The notes beneath the pieces were generated by a model. That model was not told the DNA's origin. It searched no databases and was given only the letters and a program-made list of their open reading frames with translations. A DNA stretch of 64,000 bases, from contig CACBIM010000004.1 of NCBI GenBank assembly GCA_902539295.1, forward strand, positions 12,504 through 76,503, written 5' to 3'. A program made the position numbers and the translations under genes. Shown here piece by piece: positions 19,959-29,721 of the stretch (its first letter is position 1; each line of letters begins with the position of its first letter). The stretch comes from an uncultured SAR116 cluster alpha proteobacterium (lineage in GTDB: Bacteria > Pseudomonadota > Alphaproteobacteria > Puniceispirillales > GCA-002684695).

Positions 19959-22304
19959 ATGTCAGATTCCTTTGAACAACAGACAACTGAACCAGACTTT
20001 CCAAATAGGCTGGTCTATTTCCTAGCCCTAACCTTTGTAGCTTTAGGTATTTTAAACAGTACACCTCTTATTCCAGGATGGGACGAGTTATGGCGAGGTA
20101 TTACAGGGATCGAAAAACTCAAAATTAGAACATTCCCTACTGAATGGTTTTATCCGCTTATATTCTCATTGATGATGTTATTGGTTGCACTTCAACATTC
20201 AATGTGGCGATCTTGGAAGGGAACTAACAAAGCATTATTTGGAGCTTTTATGGATATCGCACTTGTTGTTTCTGCCGTAGCCGTTTCAATCACATATTTA
20301 ATTGAAATTGATAGTGTATGCTTGATCGACCTAATGAGTGGTGAGCGCGCAAGAATAATGGCAGAGACACTAAAGGCAGAAATTGAATTTGCTGAAACGA
20401 TGGGTTTGCCCAAACCTGACACTGTAGACGATCCCAAATGTGTCAGTACAACAGGTGTTTGGCTGGTTGCAATTATGGCTTCAGCTCTAATTGTTTTTCT
20501 AGGATATAACATTAAAGTATGGGGTTTTCCACTGGTCGCCATTTCTCTTGCTATAGCTACCTATACAATTGTCACTGTACTTGTATGGTATTTTCATGGT
20601 CCCGATGGCATCAATAAATATTTTGTAACCAAATTAGGTGGTGAACCTCGAACTTTTTTAGACGGTGTTCCTAATGTCCATGATGCACTTGTAAATAATG
20701 CATCCGGCTTTCTTGGACGTTTTATGCATGTAATAATGAATGTAGTCTTTCCATACATAATTTTAGGAGCGCTTTTTGGCAAATCTGCTGGAGGACAAAC
20801 ACTCATTAAACTAGCTTTTCGCTGGACGCGTAAATTACGTGGAGGGCCAGCACATGCAGCAATTGTAAGTTCAGCTATGTTTGGAACAATCACAGGAGGG
20901 CCAATCGTTAATGTCCTGTCAACAGGCGTGTTGACTATACCAATGATGATCAAACGAGGGTTTTCTCGTATATTTGCAGGTGGAATGGAAGCTGCTGCTT
21001 CATCTGGTGGATCGATTATGCCTCCTGTGATGGGTGTTGCAGCCTTTATTCTTGCAGCAATGACAGCTGTACCTTATCGGGATGTAATAATCGCTGCTAC
21101 TTTGCCAGCATTGGCTTATTTTTTGTGTCTGTTTCTTAGTGCTTCATTCCAATCCCGCAAACAAGGGATCGATGCTTTTGGTGAATTAACAGATGAGATG
21201 CACATCAGCGGTCAAGATATACTCCACTTATGTCAAATTATACTGCCAATGCTCTTAATATTGGTTTTGTTACTTACACCAAAAGATATGGTGGGATGTG
21301 GATTTATCTCGTCCCTTTTTGGTGCTGACACAATTATTGAAAATGGGCGTTGCCAAGTTATTTCACTTCCTTGGGTTTTCCAAATTTTTCAAAATGCCGC
21401 TGGTGATGCAGGAGCAACAGGTTGGTGGGCTGCAGCCCTTGTAATGACATTACTATTTCTAGATAAAGATTTTCGATCAAAGCCAGGTAAACTTTTAGAC
21501 GCTTTAGCTGAATCAGGGATAACTATATCAACACTCTATCTAATGTTTTTAGCAGTCACAGTGATTGATGTTTGTCTAAATTTTACTGGTCTTTCAAAAT
21601 TTGTTGCAATTGATGTGCTTCGTTTTCTTTTGTCATTTGACTTAGGTGGTGAGGGTGCAATCATCTTTCAATTTTTAGCTCTGCTAATGACTATGTTACT
21701 AGCAGTTTTATTAGGCATGGGGATGCCAGCAGTACCAGCGTATATTAATGTTGCACTGTTAATGGGGCCCCTTTTAGTAGGTCTTGGTATCGCAACTTTT
21801 ACAGCACATATGTTCATTTTTTACTTTGCTGTGGCGTCGGCGATTACTCCTCCAGTAGCACTAGCTGCCTTCGCAGCTTCAACAATAACAAAAGCTGAAC
21901 CGATGGCCACAGGTTTCAGTGCAGTTAGATCTGGAATTGTAATGTTTACAATTCCATTTGTATTCGCTTTCTACCCAGAACTTCTTCTTATAGATCAAGC
22001 CTTGATTGATCCAAAAAGTGCATCAAATGCACCACTGCCTGGATATGAAAATGGTATTGACTTTATTGGTCTAGCCTGGTTGTTATTACGCTTGGTTTTA
22101 TCTCTGTATCTAGTTGCGACAGCATTAGCACAATTTGACTCAAAATCACTTACCTTAGTGGAAGTCTTAATACGTCTTGTTCTGGCATTAGCAATTCTAA
22201 TGAAACCAGAAATCATTCAATTTGCTGCAATAATTTTTTCAGCTGGCCTTTTATCTTGGCACGTATGGAGTGCACGACAAGTATCTTATAACTCTAGAAT
22301 ATAA
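19959..22304 (+). CDS. TRAP transporter fused permease (TAXI-associated, small+large membrane components)
   Basis: 781 aa with more than 16 predicted TM helices, directly downstream of the TAXI receptor. Confidence 0.8.
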   Translation: MSDSFEQQTTEPDFPNRLVYFLALTFVALGILNSTPLIPGWDELWRGITGIEKLKIRTFPTEWFYPLIFSLMMLLVALQHSMWRSWKGTNKALFGAFMDIALVVSAVAVSITYLIEIDSVCLIDLMSGERARIMAETLKAEIEFAETMGLPKPDTVDDPKCVSTTGVWLVAIMASALIVFLGYNIKVWGFPLVAISLAIATYTIVTVLVWYFHGPDGINKYFVTKLGGEPRTFLDGVPNVHDALVNNASGFLGRFMHVIMNVVFPYIILGALFGKSAGGQTLIKLAFRWTRKLRGGPAHAAIVSSAMFGTITGGPIVNVLSTGVLTIPMMIKRGFSRIFAGGMEAAASSGGSIMPPVMGVAAFILAAMTAVPYRDVIIAATLPALAYFLCLFLSASFQSRKQGIDAFGELTDEMHISGQDILHLCQIILPMLLILVLLLTPKDMVGCGFISSLFGADTIIENGRCQVISLPWVFQIFQNAAGDAGATGWWAAALVMTLLFLDKDFRSKPGKLLDALAESGITISTLYLMFLAVTVIDVCLNFTGLSKFVAIDVLRFLLSFDLGGEGAIIFQFLALLMTMLLAVLLGMGMPAVPAYINVALLMGPLLVGLGIATFTAHMFIFYFAVASAITPPVALAAFAASTITKAEPMATGFSAVRSGIVMFTIPFVFAFYPELLLIDQALIDPKSASNAPLPGYENGIDFIGLAWLLLRLVLSLYLVATALAQFDSKSLTLVEVLIRLVLALAILMKPEIIQFAAIIFSAGLLSWHVWSARQVSYNSRI

Positions 22305-22315
22305 GTAAAACCAAA

Positions 22316-24295
22316 CTAAGTATTGAATAATATTCCGGTAGGCAACGGAACGTAAAGAATATTAGCAAATAAATAATAAGCCAAAGTAGTTATAAAAATG
22401 GACTGGCAAAATGATAGCAAAGCATTTTTTAAATTCATTTTTTCTTTATTGAGATACGAGCTCATTAAAAATATAAAAATGGCACTGCTTATATAAAAAC
22501 CAACAAACTGAATAAATAATATAAATCCAGCTATAATTAAAAAACCAATAATTACTCGATTTTGTTCCTTTACATTAAAAAATATATTAATTTTTTTTGG
22601 TGTAAAAAATCCCTTAAAGATGATCGCAATTCCCAAGATAGCTGTACAATATACGCAAAAGTTAACGAAAAGAACTCCATAAAAACTTAAATCAACAATT
22701 GACCATGCTACAATCGCTGTCATGCAAAGAGTAATTAAACCCATCACTACGTCAGCATTAAGTGCACCATGACTTGTTTCTTGTTCTTCCGTGTTTTGAT
22801 TATTCAGAACACGTCTTCTAAAAAGAATAGGCCACAAGGCAGTAATTACACATAAACCTATAAGCACTATGCTTATAGGACTACTTATCATATAGAATAC
22901 TACTCCTCCTTTCGCACCACCTATCATTGTTGATTGGACCAAGCCTTCTTCGATATAGGGCCCTAAAATAAAACCCAGCACAAGTGGTGCTGGATGGTAG
23001 GAAAGCTTATTAAGAAAAAAACCAATACCACCAAATATCAGCATAACCCAAACATCAAGAAGATTGTTTCGTATTGCATATGAACCAAGAACTGTCATTA
23101 AAAGGATGATAGGCGCAAGTGATTTTGCGGGAATATTTATCAATAGGCTAAACAAAAAAGACCCAAGTGATCCAAAAATTAATATAGCAAAAGCTGCCAC
23201 AAATAATCCCATCATAAATGTGTAAGTAATGCCTCCATAAGTTGCAAAGAGATCTACACCAGGTTGCATTCCATGCAACATTAGAGCGCCAAGTATTATA
23301 GCGGCAGGTGGTGACCCTGGTATCCCAAGTGTCAAAAGTGGGATTAATGATCCTGGTGCCATCGCACTGTTTGCTGCCTCTGATGCAGCCACTCCCCTTA
23401 TTGTTCCTTTTCCAAATTCTTCAGGGTTCTTATCCCATCGCGTAGCCTCACTATAAGAGACCATGCTAGCTATGTTACCTCCAGCACCAGGTGCTATCCC
23501 TACTACTAGTCCTATCAAAGCGGATCGGATCAATAAAAACGGCATCTTTAAAAGATCAAAAATAGTCGCAAAAAGAATTTTCAGACTAGGGCGAATTTTT
23601 TCCCCTGTGTAATTGTCTTGTCCTTTACCAATTATCGTAGAGAGAATTTCTGGCAAACAGAAAAATCCAATTAATGCACCAGCTAAAGATATTCCACTTT
23701 GCAACTCTGGAAATCCAAAAGTAAGTCTCGCATCTCCAGATAGTGAAGCCATGCCAACAGCAGATAGGATGAGACCAATAAATCCAGTTAAATAACCTTT
23801 TAGCAAGCTTCCACTTGAGAGAACAGAAATTATAGTAAGACCAAAAATTCCAAGCCAAAAATACTCTGGCGGCCCAAATTTTAGCGATAATTCTGCAAGC
23901 GGCTCTGCTAACGTCGCAAGGACTATATTAGCAATTACACTGCCGATAAATGACGCAAATGCTGCAGTCACTAATGCTTGCTGAGCTTTCCCTTTCTGAG
24001 CTAATGGAAATCCATCGAATGTCGTTGCGATCGCTGCTGGAGTACCGGGCGTGTTAATTAAGATTGCTGGTATTGCATCTGCATACATAGCTCCAACATA
24101 AATTCCAGCGAGCATTATTAGCCCCGCAGCTGGCTCCATTCCAAAAGTGAAGGGAACTAACAAGGCTAGACCCATTGTGGCTGTGAGACCAGGCATGGAT
24201 CCAAAAACAATACCTAAAAAAGTACCAAAAATAATCAACAGCAAATTCCATCCCTCGAGGGCATGAAATAAGCCGTTGATTATCCCTTCAAACAC
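22316..24295 (-). CDS. tctA: Tripartite tricarboxylate transporter permease TctA with C-terminal TctB-like extension
   Basis: 659 aa. The N-terminal ~500 aa is TctA-like (..GSMPGLTATMG.., ..GIPGSPPAA..). The last ~160 aa add 4 TM helices ending ..YVPLPTGILF, which is TctB-like. Confidence 0.75.
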   Translation of the reverse strand: MFEGIINGLFHALEGWNLLLIIFGTFLGIVFGSMPGLTATMGLALLVPFTFGMEPAAGLIMLAGIYVGAMYADAIPAILINTPGTPAAIATTFDGFPLAQKGKAQQALVTAAFASFIGSVIANIVLATLAEPLAELSLKFGPPEYFWLGIFGLTIISVLSSGSLLKGYLTGFIGLILSAVGMASLSGDARLTFGFPELQSGISLAGALIGFFCLPEILSTIIGKGQDNYTGEKIRPSLKILFATIFDLLKMPFLLIRSALIGLVVGIAPGAGGNIASMVSYSEATRWDKNPEEFGKGTIRGVAASEAANSAMAPGSLIPLLTLGIPGSPPAAIILGALMLHGMQPGVDLFATYGGITYTFMMGLFVAAFAILIFGSLGSFLFSLLINIPAKSLAPIILLMTVLGSYAIRNNLLDVWVMLIFGGIGFFLNKLSYHPAPLVLGFILGPYIEEGLVQSTMIGGAKGGVVFYMISSPISIVLIGLCVITALWPILFRRRVLNNQNTEEQETSHGALNADVVMGLITLCMTAIVAWSIVDLSFYGVLFVNFCVYCTAILGIAIIFKGFFTPKKINIFFNVKEQNRVIIGFLIIAGFILFIQFVGFYISSAIFIFLMSSYLNKEKMNLKNALLSFCQSIFITTLAYYLFANILYVPLPTGILFNT

Positions 24296-24331
24296 CTAAA
24301 ATTATTACTTGTTAATTTATCGTCATATTTA

Positions 24332-25270
24332 CTATTGAACGAACTTCTTGACGATTGGTTCCCACGCAACCTTTTTTTCGGCAATTAATTTTTGTGACGA
24401 TGCAGAGTCAAGTGCGATTGGCATAATACCAACTTTCAACTTAACTTCTTTAGTTTCGTCAAGACCGGCAATTTTAAGGAATGCTTTTTCAAGTACCTTT
24501 ATATGTGCCTCAGGAGTTCCCTTTGGTACACCAACTCCATGATAAACAGAGGAGTAAAGTGGATATCCATATGATTTAAAAGTAGGCACATCAGGACTTA
24601 CCTGTATTGGTTTCTCAGTAGCATATGCGAGGGTCCTTACCTTATCACCATGAGGCATTTTTTCATTAGGACCAAACCAACTCGCCATTGTATGTCCACC
24701 GAGCAGAGCAGTCTGTTTTGGTTTGCCTCCTTTGTGCGGGACATAGGTTGTTTCGATACCAGCCATCATATCAAATTGCAGGTTAGCTATATGCGTCGCA
24801 TCCCAAGTTCCTGAACCACCAATTGTGAGCGCACCAGGATTTTTCTTTGCATAATCAATAAGATCATCCAAAGTTTTAAATGGAGAATCTTGTAGAACCG
24901 TTAAACCAAAAGGTATTTGTTGAAAAAGAACAACTGGTATAATGTCTTCTGTCTCATACCCAGGCTCTCGAGCTAGTGGTTGTAAAATAATGTGAGGAAT
25001 GTTAATCCCTGACATAAAGTAGCCATCAGCTTTTTGCTTTACTAAGTTGGCCCAACCTATAGATCCACCTGCACCAGGTTTATACTGAATAACAATCTTT
25101 TTACCAAGTTCCTTCTCAAGATGGGGTTGTTGGTGACGTGCCCTAACATCTGATCCTCCACCTGCTGCGAAAGTAATTTGGTAAACAACATTTTTTTCTG
25201 GAAAGTCTGCTAAAGAAGGCATGCAGAGAAATAGTAAAGGGGCTAATAAGGTAATTAAAAATTTATACAT
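24332..25270 (-). CDS. tctC: Tripartite tricarboxylate transporter substrate-binding protein (TctC/Bug family)
   Basis: 312 aa. Signal peptide, then ..AGGGSDVRAR.. and ..YKPGAGGSIG.., a pattern typical of Bug/TctC proteins. Confidence 0.8.
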   Translation of the reverse strand: MYKFLITLLAPLLFLCMPSLADFPEKNVVYQITFAAGGGSDVRARHQQPHLEKELGKKIVIQYKPGAGGSIGWANLVKQKADGYFMSGINIPHIILQPLAREPGYETEDIIPVVLFQQIPFGLTVLQDSPFKTLDDLIDYAKKNPGALTIGGSGTWDATHIANLQFDMMAGIETTYVPHKGGKPKQTALLGGHTMASWFGPNEKMPHGDKVRTLAYATEKPIQVSPDVPTFKSYGYPLYSSVYHGVGVPKGTPEAHIKVLEKAFLKIAGLDETKEVKLKVGIMPIALDSASSQKLIAEKKVAWEPIVKKFVQ

Positions 25271-25492
25271 GGTACCTCCATTATATACGTTAAAATTTGA
25301 CGGTTTGAATAAATTTTAAAGAGATTGCTTGAATTTTACTTACTAAAGTCTACTAGTTAACTTCCATACGACTTTACAGCACAGCAACTTTAAAAATCAA
25401 CGTTCCCGTAATTTATAGAAACCCAAAAGAAAATTAAATTCAACAAAAAATCTAAATAAATAATGCTTAGTTGGGAAGAGATCGAGGTGTAA

Positions 25493-25569
25493 TGGCGACT
25501 CCGGGAAGACTCGAACTCCCAACCCTCTGATTAGAAGTCAGATGCTCTATCCAGTTGAGCTACGGAGCC
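25493..25569 (-). tRNA. tRNA-Arg (anticodon TCT)
   Basis: The reverse complement GGCTCCG-TA-GCTC-AACTGGATA-GAGC-A-TCTGA-CTTCTAA-TCAGA-GGGTT-GGGAG-TTCGAGT-CTTCC-CGGAGTC-G-CCA folds as a 77-nt cloverleaf with an encoded CCA. Confidence 0.9.
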
Positions 25570-25577
25570 GCATAAAT
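25538..25577. repeat. Direct repeat copy 1 (tRNA-Arg nt 1-32 plus 8 nt upstream)
   Basis: TCAGATGCTCTATCCAGTTGAGCTACGGAGCCGCATAAAT is identical to 26729-26768. Confidence 0.95.
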
Positions 25578-25656
25578 ACGTAGTTATCACAAGGGTAAAA
25601 ATTAGTAAATAATTATAACTCTTGTGAGAAATATTTATTTTAGTTAAATGCAATTT

Positions 25657-26724
25657 TTAATTAATAGACAAATCTTCAAAATCTTTACTTCGTTTTATAA
25701 AGTGTTCTAAATTATTTTTGATTTTTATTTTTATTTTTCTTTGGAAACTTAAAAGTTTTTTTCTATTGTAGAATTTTAAATATTCAGAATAATCTGATAG
25801 TATATCGTATTCATTTTTTTGAATGAAAATTTCGATTTCTCTTACAATATTGTTGATTTGATTTAGTAGGTCTTTTTTTTCTTTTAAGGAAATACCTTTG
25901 GGTAAGATTTCTATTCCAAAGTTTTTAATTATTGGCATGAACTGACTAAGTAGCATAGATGAAAAGAAAGAATATTCTATAACATTTTCATAATCTGGAT
26001 ATTTATTATTATAATAAAATAAATAAGGAAGATGGGAATTTACAAATGGATCTAATATCATTCGCATCTTAATATTCAAAGATTTTTGATTTTCACTCAT
26101 TTGATCAAAAAAAATAAAAGTTCTTATATCCAAAGCATTCAAATTGATATTACCAAAAAATATGCCTTTATCTGAAGGGATAGGAATATTTAATAGATTT
26201 AGGTTTTTATTTAATCCATTATCAAAAAGATTTAAAATTAATTTCCATAATATTGAATAAATTGGAAGGTATTTGAAGCTAATTTTTAATTGGCTAAATG
26301 TATTATTGAAATTTTTCCAGTCCAATTCACTATTTCTTTCAAAGATTCTTTGAACAACATGGTGACTAATTAAAAATAATGGATTTCCATTATCATCAAA
26401 ACTCGAAAAATCATCTAAAGCAATATTAAAACCCCATATACTTGCAGCTAACATCTCTTCTTTTCTAAAGTTAAAATTCGGGTTTCCTTCTAAAAAATCT
26501 AATCTGACCCATCCAAGTGCAGGCTTTCTCTTTGATCCAAATTCAACCCAATGTATAAAATGATTCCAAGGACTGTTAAATTTTAGCAAAATATTTTTAT
26601 GAACTTTATACAAATTTGATGAATTAGATATCCCTTTGCTAAAAGAGCCAGCCATCGACCAATCTAGTTCAAGATATTTTCTTATAAATTGTTTTGTAAG
26701 ACCTTTGGCTAAAGATTTATCCAT
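25657..26724 (-). CDS. Hypothetical protein (orphan cargo of the tRNA-Arg insertion)
   Basis: 355 aa, Asn/Lys/Phe-rich, with no motif I can assign. The start codon lies 4 nt from the displaced tRNA 5'-half copy. Confidence 0.5.
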   Translation of the reverse strand: MDKSLAKGLTKQFIRKYLELDWSMAGSFSKGISNSSNLYKVHKNILLKFNSPWNHFIHWVEFGSKRKPALGWVRLDFLEGNPNFNFRKEEMLAASIWGFNIALDDFSSFDDNGNPLFLISHHVVQRIFERNSELDWKNFNNTFSQLKISFKYLPIYSILWKLILNLFDNGLNKNLNLLNIPIPSDKGIFFGNINLNALDIRTFIFFDQMSENQKSLNIKMRMILDPFVNSHLPYLFYYNNKYPDYENVIEYSFFSSMLLSQFMPIIKNFGIEILPKGISLKEKKDLLNQINNIVREIEIFIQKNEYDILSDYSEYLKFYNRKKLLSFQRKIKIKIKNNLEHFIKRSKDFEDLSIN

Positions 26725-26728
26725 TTGA

Positions 26729-26768
26729 TCAGATGCTCTATCCAGTTGAGCTACGGAGCCGCATAAAT
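26729..26768. repeat. Direct repeat copy 2 (displaced tRNA-Arg 5' half plus upstream DNA)
   Basis: A perfect 40-nt match to 25538-25577. Weaker similarity continues about 33 nt further on the upstream side (TTATCA[C/T]AAGG, TAGTAAAT). Confidence 0.95.
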
Positions 26769-26879
26769 GTTAATTATCATAAGGTCAATTAATAGTAAAT
26801 TAGTATATTGAAATTGTTTAGAATTTACAGAATAACAATTTATGCTAATGTAAATTTTAACCTAATTTTTTCTCTTTTA

Positions 26880-28040
26880 ATGAATCAAAATAATAATTAT
26901 TGGAAAGCTCGAACTCCATGTTTTCAAGGAGCATTTTTTTTATTATTTATAGTTGGAATTTATTTTGTCCATATTCCATGGAATATTGAAAGACTGGGTA
27001 TATCTGAATTAGAATTAGGAATTGGCATCCTAATTTTTGGAATATCAAATTTTGTTTCAAATCAATTAACTGGAAGATTAATTGTCCCATTAATAGGAAC
27101 AACAAAATCTATGACCATTGGAATTTCAATTGTTTCTTTTTGTCCCTTTTTACTAATAAGCGCCCCTAACTATGAATTGTTTCTTTTATCTTGGATTCCT
27201 TTTGGGGCAGCAGTTGGCCTTTACGTCCCTTCAGCACAAACACAAATATCTTTAATAGAAAGCAAAACATCTAAAATTATCACACCTATTTACCAAGCAT
27301 TTTATAGTTTAGGTTCTTTGTGTGGTGCTGTAATAGCAGGAGTTTTTATAAAGAATATTCCTGATCCAAAAATCACATTTGCATCAATTGGTTTTTGTTT
27401 AATCATTAGCTCAATATATATTTTATTTTTTGGTCTTGAAGCAAAGCTTGATCTAAAAACCAAAATAGTAAAATTCAAATTTCCTGACAAAAATATTTTA
27501 ATTTTTGGATTTATGATGATGGTTACTTTTGCAACATTTGGAATAATTATTGACTGGTCACCCGTTTGGATAACCAAAGATTTAAAAGCACCTATTTACG
27601 TAGGTGGATTAGTTATAATTTTTTTTAATTTGGGTGAAATTATTGCTCGCCTTTTATCGAATAAATTAATTAGCCGTTTCAATGAGAAGATTGTTGGAGG
27701 CTACTTTAGTATAATAGCTTCTATAATTTTAGCATCGTCAATAATTATCTTTGATATTTATTTAATAGCTTTTTGTGCTTTCATTTTTGGGTTTGGAACA
27801 GCTAACTTTCTTGGCATAGTTTTACGTGAGGGTGTTAAAGCTAGCCAAGAAACCCTTAGTGTTTCTGTTTCAAATTTAATGACAATTGGTTTCTCAGGAT
27901 TTATATTTGGACCTGCGCTTATTGGTTTTTCAGCTGAATATTTTGGACTAACCTTTAATATGTATATGTTATGTTTAATATGGTTTTTGAATGCTACCTT
28001 ATTCATTTACGTGAAAAATAAATTGCAAACAGTTATATAA
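26880..28040 (+). CDS. MFS-type transporter
   Basis: The ORF track starts at TTG 26808. The ATG at 26880 (MNQNNNYWK..) is the more plausible start. About 12 TM helices. Confidence 0.65.
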   Translation: MNQNNNYWKARTPCFQGAFFLLFIVGIYFVHIPWNIERLGISELELGIGILIFGISNFVSNQLTGRLIVPLIGTTKSMTIGISIVSFCPFLLISAPNYELFLLSWIPFGAAVGLYVPSAQTQISLIESKTSKIITPIYQAFYSLGSLCGAVIAGVFIKNIPDPKITFASIGFCLIISSIYILFFGLEAKLDLKTKIVKFKFPDKNILIFGFMMMVTFATFGIIIDWSPVWITKDLKAPIYVGGLVIIFFNLGEIIARLLSNKLISRFNEKIVGGYFSIIASIILASSIIIFDIYLIAFCAFIFGFGTANFLGIVLREGVKASQETLSVSVSNLMTIGFSGFIFGPALIGFSAEYFGLTFNMYMLCLIWFLNATLFIYVKNKLQTVI

Positions 28041-28082
28041 ATGATATGAAATTAAAGAATACAAAATTAGTACTACTTAATA

Positions 28083-28622
28083 ATGACCTCTAAAAAGACT
28101 GTTTATTATTTTGGATACGGTGCAAACATGTCCAAGGAATACCTTGAAAATAGAAGAAGGGTTTTCCCTTCTGAAATTCATACTGGTATTCTAAAAGATT
28201 ATAAACTCATTATGAACATGAAAGGCCCAAATTTCATTGAACCAAGTTTCGCAAATATCATTAAACAACCTAATGAAAGTCTGGAAGGTGTTTTAAGCAA
28301 GATTACGCAAAATGAATTAAATCAAATAATTAATTCAGAGGGTGTAAACTATGAAGTTGAAAATATTACTGTAATCACCAAAAATAAAAAAATTAAGGCA
28401 AAAACTTTAATCTATAAAACAAATAATCTGCTTAGCATACCACCATCAAGAAGATATATGAAAATCCTAATAAATGCTGCAATTAAAAATCAACTAAGTG
28501 AAAGCTATATTCAAAAACTTAAAAGGCACCCATCAGTGTATTATCCAATACTATCAGAAATATATGCAGTAAGGATATTTTTCTATGTCAGAAAGCGCTC
28601 AAAAAATATAAATTCAAACTAA
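28083..28622 (+). CDS. Gamma-glutamylcyclotransferase-like (AIG2/GGCT fold) protein
   Basis: 179 aa with the N-terminal YYFGYGANMS motif characteristic of the GGCT family. Confidence 0.6.
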   Translation: MTSKKTVYYFGYGANMSKEYLENRRRVFPSEIHTGILKDYKLIMNMKGPNFIEPSFANIIKQPNESLEGVLSKITQNELNQIINSEGVNYEVENITVITKNKKIKAKTLIYKTNNLLSIPPSRRYMKILINAAIKNQLSESYIQKLKRHPSVYYPILSEIYAVRIFFYVRKRSKNINSN

Positions 28623-28924
28623 TGCGTCCAAGTTTCTTTTCTATTAAAAGAAAAGTTGTCAGCATATGCTTTAGGTTTTATTTTTCTTTCTTTTGGCTCA
28701 GTTAGAATAAATTTAATGGAATTTTTTTCAGCATATCTAACAGCGTCATCTTTGCTTTTAAATTTTAATTTTACTTGCTTTTGGGTGTCTTTACCTGAGC
28801 GCCAACCCATAAGTCGGTCCCTGGTAGTAGCTGAGCTTTGAAAAAATTCTAAAATCCAATTATCAGTCTTATTGCGACCAGATTGCATGGCAGTTTTTGT
28901 AGGTTTATATATTCGAGCTGTCAT
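28619..28924 (-). CDS. NDUFS4-like ETC complex I subunit conserved-region protein
   Basis: 101 aa. MTARIYKPTKTAMQSGRNKTDNWILEF..MGWRSGKDT.. matches the alphaproteobacterial NDUFS4-homologue pattern. Confidence 0.75.
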   Translation of the reverse strand: MTARIYKPTKTAMQSGRNKTDNWILEFFQSSATTRDRLMGWRSGKDTQKQVKLKFKSKDDAVRYAEKNSIKFILTEPKERKIKPKAYADNFSFNRKETWTH

Positions 28925-29697
28925 TTTAATCCATTCCTAAATTCATTTATACTATTAGATGCTGAAGACACAAGTAATCTAGTATCTGAATTTAATGTAA
29001 CAAGATCAAATCCCCATTTAATTCCTTGGATTGCGTACGAAGTCTTAACACAATGAAGGCATGCTTTTTTCTCCGCTTTTTTTGCTGCTCCAAGAATAGC
29101 TTTAATTCTATTAATCATTTCTTCCTCTTCTCTATCCATCCCGGGAGGTAATCTTCCTTTTGTTGTTCCTAGTGTAAGATCAGCTGGACCAATATACACT
29201 GCATCCAAACCATCGGTACTTATTATTTCCTCTAAGTTTTTCATTGCTTCTGCTGTTTCTATCATAGCAATACATAAAACATTTTCATTAGCTTTTTTAT
29301 AATAATCAGATCCTTGTACAATATTTTGTCTTGTAGGACCGAAGCTACGATTACCAAGTGGAGGATATCTCATATAAGACACGAACTCCTCTGCTTCTTT
29401 TTTATTATTAATCATAGGACTTATAATACCTTGAGCACCAGCATCTAGAGCCTTCATAATATAGCCAGGGTCTAGCCATGGCACTCTAACAATAGGTGTT
29501 ACATTTGAGCCTGTAATACCTTGGAGCATTCCAAGCAAATCTGAGTAGTCTATGAGGCCATGCTGCATATCAATTGTAAGTGTATCGTAATTTTGGCGAG
29601 ACATAATTTCAGCAATAAACGAATTATTTATAGATAACCAGCCGTTGAGAGCATACTCTCCATTATCCCAAATTTTCTTAAGTCTATTCAAAGTCAT
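28921..29697 (-). CDS. HpcH/HpaI family aldolase
   Basis: 258 aa. ..TIDMQHG.. and ..VRVP.. with ..MIETAEA.. and ..DAVYIGPADL.. are typical of class II 2-keto-3-deoxy-acid aldolases. Confidence 0.75.
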   Translation of the reverse strand: MTLNRLKKIWDNGEYALNGWLSINNSFIAEIMSRQNYDTLTIDMQHGLIDYSDLLGMLQGITGSNVTPIVRVPWLDPGYIMKALDAGAQGIISPMINNKKEAEEFVSYMRYPPLGNRSFGPTRQNIVQGSDYYKKANENVLCIAMIETAEAMKNLEEIISTDGLDAVYIGPADLTLGTTKGRLPPGMDREEEEMINRIKAILGAAKKAEKKACLHCVKTSYAIQGIKWGFDLVTLNSDTRLLVSSASNSINEFRNGLK

Positions 29698-29721
29698 AAC
29701 CTTTCCATTTAATATAAAAAT

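Noticed and set aside
20192-24251. Antisense or out-of-frame ORFs within the TRAP permease and TctA genes (e.g. 20192..20542, 20594..20953, 21995..22216, 23613..23795, 23625..23858, 24054..24251).
   Set aside because: They are nested in long, motif-supported transporter genes. Such ORFs are typical of membrane-protein genes.
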